In this document: piece after piece, positions 37,310 to 50,500 of the stretch | Layout: each line of letters starts with the position of its first letter | How positions within the stretch are numbered: position 1 is the first letter of the stretch | Assembly: GCA_013239625.1 (NCBI GenBank) | Contig: MU053881.1 | Coordinates: forward strand, 3,927,957-3,991,956 | Reading direction: 5' to 3' | Length of the DNA: 64,000 nt | Source of the DNA: Lama guanicoe | Lineage: Eukaryota | Program-made: the position numbers and the translations under genes | Notes under the pieces: generated by a model | Seen by the model: only the letters and a program-made list of their open reading frames with translations | Told to the model about the DNA's origin: nothing | Database searches by the model: none

Positions 37310-38200
37310 ATCATTCATTCATTCATTCATTCATGAGGGCTTATTTGCACCAACCATGAGCCAGACACGGAATACAATGTTGTAGAAGATGCTGTCCCCG
37401 CCCTCAGGGGCCCACGCCTTCCAGATGGGGAGGTCAACGTGTTCACAGGCCCCTGTAACAGGGGACAAGTGTTACACTGGAAGGAAGCATTTGGGGCTGG
37501 AGACACTGAAGAGAGGTCTTGGGTGTATGTGAGGGATGCGAGGGAGGTGTCCCAGCAGAGGAGAGGTCCGGGGTGAGTTTGGAGGGACCATCATGTTCAA
37601 GAAACTGAAACATGAGATCTTGATATGTTTGGTAGGGAAGATGGAGAAGGGGTGGAGAAAACAGCCCAAAACACAGAAAGCTATGATGTCAAGCTGAAGA
37701 TGAGACAGGAAGGCACTGTGAGTATGGAAGGGACCGGTGAGATCTGTGTTTAAGGTGACTGATGTAAAGGGTGGATGGAGGGGGAGAGGCTGGAGCCAGG
37801 AAGACCAGTGAGGGGTCCTGGGACTTGAATGGTGGGAATAGAGATGGATGAAGAGATAATGCATTTGAAGGGCTACAGTTGACACTCCTTGATAATGCCT
37901 GAGAGGAGTCCAGGATGTCTGGAGAGCTGGCAACGCCACGATTGGAGCCAGGATGAGGAGAGGGTTTGGAGAAAATGGAGGATGAACCTGGTGTGGACAC
38001 CTGGATGACAGGTGAGGCCCGTCTGCCATAGCAGGATGATATTGTGTGTCATGGAGCTGGCATTCAGGGGCCTGTGACACCACGCAGGCATCAGATGTGG
38101 CATCTGTGGGGACCCAGCACGTACAGTTGAGATGACCAAATCATTACTACATGGTGGTGAAGGAGAAATTACAAAGCCAAGGGCGATTAAGGTGAGATCT
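37310..38200 (-). mobile_element. L2 LINE, about 0.9 kb
   Basis: (TCAT)n tail at 37311-37334 followed by purine-rich antisense L2 body (gatctgtgtttaaggtgactg, ggagctggcattcagggg, tacagttgagatgacc). Confidence 0.75.
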
Positions 38201-39584
38201 GATTTGTGTGTTTTTTCTCCCATGATCTGGACCATGTTTTCATGTCCTAGAGAGAGGAGGCCATCCTAGTGCGGCAGTCTTCCTGCTTTTCTTTGGCATG
38301 GGAAGAGGACGGTGGCTAGAATTGCCTCCCTACATATTTGGCTCCCTCACTGGACTCTTTGCCAGTCAAGTAGTATTTCTGGCTCACCGTTGACTCCATC
38401 CACATGACAACACCTGCACACAGTAGACTCACCACCAGTACCTGCTGAATGAGCAGATGGATGAGGGGGGAGCTGTCTAGAAGGGAGCTTGGTGGATATG
38501 TGGACCTATTCCCAATGTCAAGAGAAAAATCCGGTGAAAGTTATGTACGTGGGAGTCATCAGCATACAGTGCTCAGCACCCAATAAATGTGTATGAAATC
38601 GAATCTGCTCCAGATTCTTCCTGCAGACTCCAGGCCATGAGGGTGTCTGCTTTCTGCAGCATCCCCTCCGCTCCCTACAAGACCATGCCTTTCTTTTAGA
38701 GTTGGCCAGCATGGGACTTCTCCTAAAGGTGAAATCTCGTTGGAGCTCCCTTGAGACAACAGATGAGTTTTTATGTATGTCTCTTGCTTCTCCCTAGAAA
38801 GGCAACATCAGGTGGCAAAAAGGCCATAGATTTTAGAGGTGGGCAGACGTGGGCTGGGACCTGGCTCCATCCCCACCAGCTAAGTCTTTGAATAAGTGTA
38901 TTTACCACTCTGAGCCTTGGGTCTTCTCCTTACAGAATGGGGATGTGAACAGTTATCTGTAGGCTCAGTAGCAAAGCCAGGCAGACAAGTGGGGAAGCAT
39001 GCAGGGTCTGGAGGAGACGGTCTTTCCTCAACCTCAGGCAAGGGACTCCTAGCTCCATGCCAGCTTCCTTGGTGGAACCATCCTCACTGGTTATTACAAG
39101 GTCCTGATGCATCTGTGCCCAGCGACTATAAGCATCACTACATGTCAGCTACTCTTACCATGAGGACCATTTAGTGGGGTAATATATGTCCCATTCCATG
39201 GCACTTAGTAAGTGCCCAATAAATCATAGAATCCCTGCCTTATTGTGAATGTTGAATGTTCTCTTCTTATACATTTAATGTCCACTTCCTGTTCCTAATG
39301 ATACGAGAATTCATCCCTGCATGCCAAGGTGGTTGAAAACTTAGAAGGAAAATCACTGCAGAATGTGGAAGGCTGCTGGAGACCGTGAAATGTGCAGGCA
39401 ACTTGGGGTGGGAGGAGCTGAATTCAAATCCCAACTCCACAACATCCTACCTTCAAGATGCTTGTCCTCTCCCTTATGGCCTTTTGCTCCTTTGAGCCTC
39501 AGTTTCCTCATCTGTTAAATGGGGAGAGTAATTCTTACCCTATAAAATTATCGTGAAGGTTATGAACGAGCAGGATGGTGTAGA

Positions 39585-39910
39585 TTTGGTTCTCCTGAAA
39601 GAGACTGAGATGGAGGACTCTTGGAGCACAGGGTGTTTGTTGCAGATCAAAGCCTCTGAAAGAAAGAGGATGCCCAGGAGAAGGCACACTGTAATTCGGG
39701 TCTGGCAGAGCCTTGGTCAACAGAGCAAGGGGGCTGGGATGAACATCCTGAGTCAGCATGTCTAGGTCTTCACTCCCCTGCCCTACTCGGTCACCATTTA
39801 CACAGACCTGGTGAGACCCTGCAGGAGCTGACACTATCCCCACAGCCGGGCAGCAAGTCCAGCCTTGAAGCGGGATCTGGGTGGCACCTCTCCTCGTCCA
39901 CCTCCATGAG
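39585..39910 (-). mobile_element. LTR16-like ERVL LTR
   Basis: gagactgagatggagg...agagccttggtcaac...aagcgggatctgggtggcacctc resembles antisense LTR16. Confidence 0.5.
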
Positions 39911-41240
39911 GGGAGCTCTCGGCACAGGACAGGTGTCAGTTAAGGTCAGTGAATCTTAATCTACATCTGATTGTGATTGTCAGCAACTGTTATCACCAGG
40001 TCACTCCCTTTTAGAGCCAACATACTATTAAAAATCATTGTCTCTTTCTTCCCTACAGAGTTTAAGCAGAAGATCTATTAGTGATCTCCACTCCCACACC
40101 CAAGCACTGCTGCTCGCTCCTCGAAGATGTGGTTTCATGGCCTGGCTTATGTCCAGAGAGGCTGTGTTCCACCCGCTCCTGGTCTCTGTAGAGCTCAGAT
40201 GGTTTCAGTGGTCAAATCCTTCTTCATAACAAACAACCTGGAATAAACCATGGCAGAGAGCAATGCGGAGAATTCCTTCACCCTAATCTACACCACCACC
40301 ACCGCTGCTGCACACCCACCACACTGCAAACCCAACAACATCCAACCCCAAATGAACCAGCGCCCCCAAGTCAAAAACACAACATGCCGAACTCATACCA
40401 CAAGCACACCCACCCAACCTATCCCCCAAACAGGCTCTGTTTGGGGTTCTTCAAAAATACTGACCTTTTTTTTTCCTCAAAAACAGTTTGGGTTTGAGAA
40501 AACCCCAAGCAAATTTTGCCAAACTGTTCACATTATTTGGTTCATGCGTAATTTAAAGGAAATTCAATCCACGTGCTGCAGATTTGTTCGCCATTAGATC
40601 CTCCAAGTAGGAGTGCGTTCAGGGACCATTTTTCTCTCTTCAGAGCTGGGCTGATGCAGAGGTTTTCTGGAGAGGGTGGCAGAGTTGGAAATCATCCTTT
40701 TAGGAAAAAAAAAATGCATGCCAAACTCTGGATCTAATTGCAAAAGTTGTACAGGCTTTCCCAAAGCCAGGTGAAGATGGCACACTCTAGAAGCCCGAGT
40801 CTGGAGAAGAATGCTTGGCTTAGGAAATCAAAGAGGAGACAACAGGAAAACCAGGGTTGAGTCATCATCCCACCACTGACCAGGTGTGCTGCCTCAAAGC
40901 ATAAGACACCTGTGCACCCACTTGCTCCTTCAGGGTCTCTGGGGCTCAGTTTCGCCCATTTTTGAAGTATGGCTAGTAATACCCTGCATGGCTGTTGTGG
41001 GGATTAAACGCAGTGATAACGACCATAAAGTGATGTACGATCATCAGTCAGGATTGGGAGCCTCCAGCTCACATCGCAACACTCACGACTTTCCAGCGCT
41101 GGGACATCACCTGGTCACTCTTCCTGGATCTGAGCATCCTCCAGACGCAGTCACACTGTCATGGGTGACAGCTCCCAGGGTCAGTTCCCGGGGTCACTCC
41201 TGAAAGTGTCTGAGCTCATCAATAATCTTTAAAATAACGT

Positions 41241-41490
41241 GGGAGGGTTGGCGGGATAGACTGGGAGTTCGGGATTTGCAGACACTAACTACTACATACA
41301 AAATGGATAAGTAACAAGATCCTACTGTCTAGCACAGGGAACCATATTCAGTACCTTGTAATAGCCCACAATGAAAAAGAATATGAAAAGGAATCTATAT
41401 ATGTAAAACTGAGTCACTACGCTGTACACCAGAAATTTACACGTCATTGTAAACGGACTATAATTCAATAAGAAATTTAAAGAATAAAAA
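41241..41490 (+). mobile_element. L1 3' UTR fragment (camelid type)
   Basis: gggatagactgggagttcgggatttgcagac...tagcacagggaaccatattcag...gctgtacaccagaaa...actataattcaataa plus A-rich tail. Confidence 0.9.
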
Positions 41491-42339
41491 ATGACTTAAG
41501 TTAAAATGATATCATCTGGATTTTTGTATTATAAAAGTGATACGTTCATTTTAGGAAAAAAAATACAAAATATAAAAACTGGATAAACAGACAATGAAAA
41601 TTCTAACATCCTACCATCCAAAGAAACTATTACTATTTTGATGTATTTACAATGGGTGATATCCATGCAGATATACCCTCCAAGTTCGCCCCCCCCCAGG
41701 CTCTGTACACATGAGGTCACGGTCACCAGATTAGCTGCCTGTGTGTTTGTGTACCAATCTCCCTGTTACCTCAGGGAGCCCGAGGGGGGTCACATGTGAG
41801 CTCAGGTGAGAACCCCCATGTTCCGGAGTCCTGTGTCCATGACTTTGTGCCCTGTTGGGAAGCATATCCAAGGCAGTACCCCCATGGTCGCTCTGTCAGT
41901 ACCTGCTGGGGCAATGGTGATGTCTGGACCAAAAGCCTTTCCCCAAGGAAACAAAAGGGATCCTGCACTCCTGGTCCTTCTCCAAACCTGGGCCAGGGTT
42001 TACTGGGCAAAGAAGTGGACAAGGTCCTCTCCTCCACTCCATGTCCCAGTTGGTCATCTGGGGCTGCCACTGTGCTGCCCAAGGTCGCACGGAGTCCTTG
42101 AGCACAGCTTTTTCAGCTTCTGCCTGAGGCCCCCCTTTCTCACGAGAGCACGTTGGGGACTGGCCGGGGGCTGCAGGTATGAAGCTGCCCTCCCCCCTTT
42201 CTTTTGCACATCTCACCTTTCATCCCTCCTTTCCTCCACTGAGATGAACTCATGCCATTAGACACTTGTTTAATGAGCTCATCTCACGTACAGAGACGTG
42301 TCTCAATCCCAGGGGTCTGGGCTCAGCTGGGACACAGGT

Positions 42340-43180
42340 GATTTTTATAAAATTGGAATCCTACGTCACATGCATTCTAGCGGCATGCACATCTCTGCCA
42401 GTTATCAAACATTCTTCCAAAACATGATTTTTTAATTTGCCACTTAGTATTATTGCATCCAGTTCTTTTACCACAATTTATCTCAACAATACCATATTTT
42501 TTGGACTTTCGGGGCTTTTTTTGTGTTTATAAAAAGGGTTGCAATGAATGCTTCTTGTATATCTATGTGTTCATGTGGGCTTTCAAGTGGTCCCACCGGC
42601 AAGACCCACAAGGGTTGGTTTCCTAGTTCACAAGTGGGTTTTCTCTACGTGTGGTTAACTCTATGTGCAACTTTTTTTTTTTGAGACTTTGCCAGACTGT
42701 TCTCCAAAGTGGCTGTACTATTTTGCAATCTCACCAGCAGCAGATGACGATTGCAGTTTCCGCAGACCCCCACCAACACTGGTTAGTATGCATCTTTTGT
42801 TGGTGGCCACACCAGTAGACAGACAGGGGCATTTTGTTGTGGCTTTGATTTACACTCTCCTGATGGATAACGATGCTGAGCATCTTTTCAGTTGCTTATT
42901 GGCCACTTGTTTATCTCTATTTTAGAAATGTCTATTCAGATCTTTTGTCTATTTTAAGTAGATTATTTCTCTTTTTATTATTGAATTATAATAGTTCTTC
43001 ATAATCTCAATAATAGCCTTCTATCAGATACATGGTTTGCAGAAATGTTCTCCTATTCCATGGGTTGTCTTCTCACTTTCTTGATCGTGTCCTTGGGGGC
43101 ACAAAAATATTTTAGTTTTTGACCATATCCAGTGTATCTATTTTTTTCTTTTATTGCTTGTGTTTTTGGTGTCCTGTCTA
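42340..43180 (-). mobile_element. old L1M fragment containing ORF2 3' region
   Basis: minus-strand translation TPKTQAIKEK...KLKYFCAPKDTIKKVRRQPME is L1 ORF2; gatgctgagcatcttttc...ttggccacttg is the antisense L1 signature. Confidence 0.85.
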
Positions 43181-44759
43181 TCTTACCTTTTTTTGTTTTT
43201 TGTTTTTGGAAAGTAGCCAGCCAAGGACCTTTGCTTGTATGCACATTTTTCCCTTCCTGCTTTCATCTCTTACTCAATCTTTGGGAACTCAGCGTCAAAA
43301 CGCCTGCTCCAGGCAACCCTCTCTGGTCTCCAAGGCAGTGCAGAGACCCTCCCTGGGCTCCTCACAAGCCCCGCACTGCCCTGTGGCACTTACCTGTTCA
43401 CTTGCCCACCTCTCCCGATAGACGAGAGCTCGTCGAGGGAAGGCCTGTGTTTTCTTTTCTACTAACTGCCCCAGGCCTGGGACAGAGTAGCCCTTCGGCT
43501 GGGCGGCACATTCTATGTAGAAGACGAGGCCAGTAGTTCGTACATGGGAGGTAAAGCTGGGAGATGGAAGGTGATTTTATTGTGGGGGCCTTGAATGCCG
43601 GGTTTAATATGTACAATTTCAGACCCAAAAGGAAGCTGTTTAAGTTTTGAGCTAGAACCTTTTTCACTTCATTATCTTTGTAAACAAAAGAGATGGAAAT
43701 TAAGATATTCCCTCTGCTCCATCCCCAGAATCCCACATGTTTTTAAAATCCCTAGGCGCCCTGCAGATAAAAGAGCTCTGGATGTCATCCTGTGATATTG
43801 TACAGGTCACTTAATTTCTCTGTTTCAGTTTCTTTCCTGCTGTATTAATGCGTATGTTTTGGCTCTGAGCTAGCAATTAAAACGAGGTTATTGCGGGAGG
43901 TTAACAGAGGCCCCTAGACTTGGGGGGTAGCTGGATAACAGGCCCGGGACCATGGAAGGGACTCAGGGCTCCTGGTTCCAGAGACTGGAACACACACCCT
44001 GAGGAAAGGTCTAGCATCGGAACAGCCGGTCCCGGTGGGGAGACGAGCCCCTCCTGTTTCCAACCTTTTCTGTCTCTGCTTGAGATTCCGCTTCCCGGTA
44101 GGGAGGGTTCACTTGGCTGCCTTGAGAGTTGTCCTTGCTCCTTGGCTGGGGCAGGATGGGAACCTCAAGTAGCCCACGCAGGCTGAAGTCAAAAAAGGAA
44201 CATGTAGTTCCTCCAAGGGAGGCCGCGGTGAAGGGAGGACAGACAGCAGCATCGCAGGAAGCCACCCACAGGCACGCAGCCCTAACGAGGCGCCGGGGAT
44301 TGGCGTCAGCGCCTTCAGAGCTCCTTCCACACCCACCGACGCGTGAGTCCAGAATTCCAGGGGGAAAGAAAACCTCGTTTCTCGGGGGTTTGGGGACAGA
44401 CAGTCTCCAACTTTGTAGATCTTGCTGAACTCGATGTCCTCACTATCTAAGAAGCACAATGGTCAAACCCATTCCTGTCATTGAAGGTTAGAAGTGCCAT
44501 CAATTTTATTTCTCTCAGTCCAACGTGTTTTCAGCCTCTGTTACGTGTCGGGGATCATGTTAAGTACACAAGCTATGGTAGCTAACCGTGTTTTCTCAGT
44601 GAATCACCCCAAAACGACCCTTCACGGTAAGAGTTACACCTGTTCTACAGATGGAGAACCTAAGACTCAATGCATGTGATGAAATCTGCTTAAGGGCACA
44701 GCATGAACAGGTGCCAGAACCAGATGTTGGTCCGAGATCTGTCCGTCTCCCAGCCAGCA

Positions 44760-45240
44760 CTTCTGTTGAAGTTACAAGCTTTCCACGGCTTCCCGCGGGG
44801 CCAGAAACCCTTCACAGGTGCACATGACCCCGTTGGAGCTGATCTCTGCCTCGTCTGGGATTACAGGAGACTTTCCCCTCTGTCCTCTAACCACACCGGC
44901 CTTCTTGGATTTTGGGGGGCAGGTCCTGCTGCCTTCTACTACAAGGCTTTGGGCTACACTGTTCTCTCTTCTGGGGACATGGTTCTCTAGCGCTTTCCCT
45001 GGTCCACCTCCAGCCTCCTCAGATCTCAGCCAGATTGCTTCTCTTCCCTAACCCTTCAACTAGAAGGACGGCCCGATGACAAGTTCTTATCACCTTCCTT
45101 GCAGGGCTTGGTGATGGTCTCATTCACGTCAGTTTCCCCGCTAATCTGCCCCAGGAGGGCAGGCGCCGCATGGTGTTTGCACTCGAGCACGCCTATCAGG
45201 TGCCCAGAACAGAGCAAGTGCTCAAGAAACATACATGGGA
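44760..45240 (+). mobile_element. L2 LINE 3' part
   Basis: ctctaaccacaccggccttctt...ctctctctggggac-like body and terminus gtgcccagaacagagcaagtgctcaagaaac. Confidence 0.6.
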
Positions 45241-46719
45241 TGCACATACCCTGCTACCCACGTACGGTCGGCACCGCAGAGTTGGCTGAGCCCTCCAGGA
45301 AAGGGAAGGACGACCACCACATCCTGCCTCTCCGTTCACCCCAAACACATGCTGGGATTGTGTCTGGAGAGTCAGTAATGCATCATTTTCTCCTTTAAAC
45401 TAGGCTGAAAGGCCACTCCTATTTCCAGCAGAGCAGAGGCATCATCTTGGTCCAGATCCCCGATGGAGTTAAAAATTAGGCACACGATGGTTATTAATTC
45501 CCTCTCTTCTGTGCTCCATTCCTTTCCCCACTCCCATAAATAGTTTCAAAATCTATAAACTGTTAATGAGGAACAAATAAACCGAGTACCTGCATAATCT
45601 CAGCCTCCGAATCACCTCTGGCCCAGCCCCAGGGTCCTGCGAACTAGTCATTTCCAGGCCATTTGAAAGCTGGTGCCCCAGGAAGGTCATTAGATCAGAT
45701 GGAGCATTTTTGATGGCGGATAAGTTTGGGGAAATACCCTGGCCTGCTTCTTTACCTGTATTTCTCTAAATCTTTGCTCCCCAAAACAGTGAGCTGAAAA
45801 TAAGCCAGCGACTATTTGACACCCTCTGCCTATAATTTGCCCAAACTGCCTCTGCACGTCACACCGTATTTAATAATCTTGCCAAAGGGAGAGCAATTGA
45901 ATCAGAATCTTCTTTAAACAAATTAAACTTGCGTGACCTCAGTCTTTACTCCCAGATCAGATCACTAGACTAGGGTGTTGGACAGACACAAGCTTCTTAA
46001 GACAAACTGCTTCAAAGAAAACCATGCGTGTCCTTATAAAATTGAAACCCCATTGAATTTATCCACTAGCCTGCTGCTTGCTTCCTGGATCTGAGTCATT
46101 TCAGTTGATAATGGAGTCCTTTGGGGCTAATTAACTAAGTGCCAGCTATTTCTTAATGGCAATTACTAACTTAAAAAAAATGCTAAAGGGGAAAATAAAT
46201 ACTCAACAAAATCTATTTGCTCTGGTCAAACCTGTACAGACTGTTAACCCCAGGCAGAGGCACCGACACCAGTGGCCAGATCCCTGTCAGAATCTGCGCA
46301 ATCTTCTCTGTAGATGTGGGGCTGTTGCAATTACCATCAAGAATCATGGAGCATGGTTCTCAGCAGATTTCCTCCCCGGTAAGGAAGGGAGCTCACGTTT
46401 ACTGCAAGCTCACAATGTGCCAAGTCACGTCTGAGACGCTGAACTCCAGCGCCCACGCATGTCCATGTTCTCCCCTTCTCGGTGCCCACAGCTGAGCCCC
46501 GTCTTTGAGCCATTCTTCTGCACCCTGGGATGTAGCCCCTCTTTCCGGGTAGTCCTTGCTCTTTTTCCCCATCTGCTGGCTCAAGGGAGAGGAATCTCAG
46601 GACCCAGAGGAGGACGTGCACCAAGACGGAAGGCGGCTGTGGAGGAGGTGCGTTGTGAGTAGCCGAGCTGGAGGTGGAGGTGTTACAGGGACCAACGTGA
46701 CTTACTCTGCCTCAAGCCC

Positions 46720-46900
46720 TGCTGTGTCTGTTGAGCGACTTACATGCACCGACAGACTTACCCATCCTGATGAGCGTCTTCATTTTCACTTTTCAGATGA
46801 GGAAGCTGAAGCATAGAGAGGTTAAGTGACATGCCCAGGTTGTCACAGCTGGGGCAGGGCAGAGTTCAGCCCAGACCATCTGGCCCCAGAGTGTGCACTG
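46720..46900 (-). mobile_element. MIR SINE
   Basis: tttcagatgaggaagctgaagcatagagaggttaagtgacatgcccaggttgtcacagct. Confidence 0.85.
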
Positions 46901-47004
46901 CACTGTGCTCTGGAGAATTTGACTATAAGGAACTACACCCTTTATCTATTTCTTTGGGGGGATCCACCCCTCCCCTCTTCCTTTGCTCTTTTTCTTACTG
47001 ATTT

Positions 47005-47520
47005 TTTTTTCACATTTACTGAATGTCTACTATGTGCGAGGAACCATACCATGCAGTAGTCTAAGGCTGTTACGATGAATCAGACGTGGTCCCTGGTGAC
47101 ACTCACTGTGTCATGGGGAAAGAGATACGAGAAGGGGTAAATACCATGAGGTGTGACGAGTGCTCTGATGGGATGAGCAGAGTGCTGTGGGGGCACAGGT
47201 AAGGGACACGTGACCCACATCCAGTTGTAGGTTATTGGGGTTCTAGGTCGGGGAAGGGGTAATGCTTAAACTGGATCTTGAGGGCAAAGGGAAATTGGCA
47301 AAGGAGGAGGGAAAGGTCATTCCGGGTGGAGGGTACACCTTGAGCAAGAGCATGGAGGCATGAAATACTATGTCGGACTTGCAGGTCTAGAGAGGAGGTG
47401 GAGAGAGGAGGGCAAGGAGGATGGAGAGGTAGGGAGGAGCTGGAGCTTGCAGGGCTTGTGTGGACAGGCTGAGGAGATCTGACTTAATCCTGGGAGCAGA
47501 GGGTGATGAACATTTCAGCG
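47005..47520 (-). mobile_element. L2 LINE 3' part
   Basis: cacatttactgaatgtctactatgtg...gatgaatcagacgtggtccctg...gcttaaactggatcttgagg. Confidence 0.8.
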
Positions 47521-50500
47521 CAATTGCTCCTGGAGCGGCCCAGCATATCCACAGCTGGACCCCGTGTTTGGGAGACGGGTGCTGATCCCTGAGCATCTCC
47601 AAGATCCCCGCTCCCCCTGCCCCCTGCTCCAGGCAGCTAGGCTCCTTCCCAGCCTGTTATCATGAACCGGGGCACCAAGCAGTTTATCTGCTCTCTTCAA
47701 GAGGCTTCTAAAAACAGACTGAGGGGATGTAACAACTTCAGAGGACAGCGTCCCCATCAAGCTTCTGACAGACTCTCCAAGGCAGTTCACCTCCCTTGCC
47801 AGCCCAGGGCCAGGAAGCTGGCAGTGTTTAGTAACTGCTATCAGGGAACAATTTAAAAAAAAAAAAAAAAGGCTTCTCCAAGAACAGAACGGTGTCTCCA
47901 AAATCCAGGAGCGCCGTCCTCGGGAGCCAAGCCATCTCAAGTAGCTCCTCCTTCCGGTTAGAAGCTGAAGGCCAAGACCAGGTGTCTGGGGAATGGCTTC
48001 TAAGTCCACAGAATGAATAGGGGTTGTGTGATGACTGTCGGGGGTGCCACCAAAAGGACAGGGGAGCCCGATGGCTTCGTGGAGGAGCACCCCCTGATCA
48101 GCTTGGGGAAAGGCTTATTTTCCGTCACCCTTAGAATCTGTGAATATCAGAGCTGGAGGGGAGGTCAGGGAACAGCTGCTTTCTGCTGGAGGGGAACTCA
48201 GGCTGCTCAGAGCTTGGCCATCCTGGAACCTTCCGTGGAGAGCCTCCCTGCCAAGTTGGTTCTGCCTGAATTTGCGGGGTTTTCTGCCCTGGGCAGTGAG
48301 TCCACCCTGGATGTCTCTGGTTAGGTTTGGGCGACTGGATATTGAGTAGCGGCGGGAAGGAAGGGTTCCTGGAGCCAGGCCATCAGTTTGCCTCCCAGCT
48401 CAGACTCAGTGTCGTGTTGTGCTGGGGAACTGGGCAGGTTACCTCATCTCCCTGAACCTCTCTTTCCTCCTCTGTGACAGCGAGACAGTAGCACTGCCTC
48501 ATCATCATATCGCTATGAGGATGAAATGAGATCTTGGTCGTGGATACCCAGCTGCATGCCTGCATGTTAATGTTAGCTCTTTTCTCTCGATTGTGGGGTA
48601 TAATTAGATCACATGGGTCTTGTGTTCAATTACGACTACAATTCTTTTTCAGAATCACAGCACCCACAGGGAACTGGGCCATATTCAGAATACGTTCTCA
48701 TCCCATGTGGGTCGCACACACACAGCTTTGCAACCGAGGGGTGTGGTCTTTATTTTATGCACCAAGAGACTGAGGTTCTCACAGGGGACTTGGCTTGCCT
48801 GAGTCAGTGGCTTGGGCCAGGTCTGCTGTTACTATGGCTGTCGATTGTTTTTCCCCTTCTTTGTGATGGGTCCAGCAGAGCTGTGTGGCGGAGAACGTTC
48901 CCTCCTGGGCGGATGCTCGGTGCTGGTTACTGAGCCCACTGACATCATCATGCGCCCCGCACATCTGGGGAACCCAGGCCTGCAACTCCAGGATACCACA
49001 GATGCATCCCTGCTTCCCTCTCTGCCCTGGGTTCCATCTCAACCCCCAGCAAAGCCTTCTTACCTCCCCAGTGTGTCTGGAAGGAGAGAGCCATCCCATC
49101 TGTACTGACAGCCAGAAACCAAAGCCAGGAATGGAATCCAGTTTTTCCCAGAATGGTCAACTCAAATCACCTTTGGCACCTGCAAAGGGTCATGAAGAAG
49201 GGTACAGCTGGTTCCTTCCCCATTCCTGGCAGACCTCAAAGGGCACAGCTTGGAAACGGGATGAGGGTAGACGCATGAAAACAAGTAATTAAACACCACT
49301 CAAAATAATAACATGAAATACTTACTGCATGGAGAAAGAGGCTTTGTACAAATTATTTGGTGGTTAGGAAACATTTTCTCTTCCTCTCTATGACTTGGTG
49401 CTCTGTTTTCTCCAAGTATTCCTGTTTGTTCATGGAGCCACGTGTGTGCACGTGGAGGGGATGCATTCCCACGTACGTCTGTACACATGGACAAGGACAT
49501 CGTTGAAGACACGGTTATTCTTTGAACAATTTGGCAAATATAGAAAGGAGGCCTAAAACTCATGGGGAGAAAGACACAAGGGCTGTCAGTGGTGACCTCA
49601 GGCCCAACATGACCCATGCTTTTTGAGACATAGGGAATCAGATACCTGCTCTTCCTAAGAAGCCCCACATTTACTTCACAGCAGCCATGGGGAGGGGAGA
49701 TCTTCCTCAAGAGGAGACGATATTCAGGAGTGGCTATAGGTAACCAGCAGCAAAGTGAGACATGTCCCACCACTGATGTGGGGAATACCCAGAGGGAATG
49801 CTGAAGAGAGGATGGAAAAAGGGTCCTTCCCGAGATAAATTAGGGCTATGGTTTTCAAACCACGGAGCAAAACTGATAAGGTAGTGAAGTCAGTTCAGTT
49901 GCTCATGACCAGCTTTATATCTGAGAATAATAATAATGAAAGAAAGAAAGAAAGAGAACAAACCAGATGTACTGAATGAAGTAAGGGTAATTTTTGTGCT
50001 TGAAGCTTTTGTTTGATGCAAACTATATTTTGAGAGCCCAGAACTAAAAGAAGTGAACCCTCAAAAGAAAGTAAGGTAGATATATTAGTGATCTGGGGGC
50101 GAGAAGTGCAATGCTATTTTTATTTTGGGAAGTCACCAGCCATTTAATGCATGTACATATGTTTTCCACTTTAAAAATCTTTGATTCAACAGTTGAGACT
50201 CTACGTGTTCTGGAACCTGTGGTAGGCTCCGAGCAAAATAAAATACAGCTCGTGACCAAAAGGAACCCCCCATCTGCTGAGGAAGACTGACTTGGAAACA
50301 GACATAACAGGAAGAGTAATTATTGCACAAGTGTTCGTGATCTTCTGCCTTCTCCCACAGCTGTCACAGGAAAGATCCTTGCTCGTTGAGTCAGCATCCA
50401 AAGATTGGTTAAAGGAGAGTGTAGAGGAAGGAAAATGAGCCAGAGATACTAAGCTGATCTATATGAAGCAGAGCTGAGAGCAGGTTAGGGAACAGATCTA

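Noticed and set aside
37472..38083. 203-aa ORF, the longest in the window
   Set aside because: Pro/Ser/Leu-rich open frame inside a decayed L2 with no recognisable reverse transcriptase motifs
40275..40430. Mitochondrial insertion (NUMT)
   Set aside because: C/A skew is similar, but I recognise no mitochondrial gene or tRNA sequence
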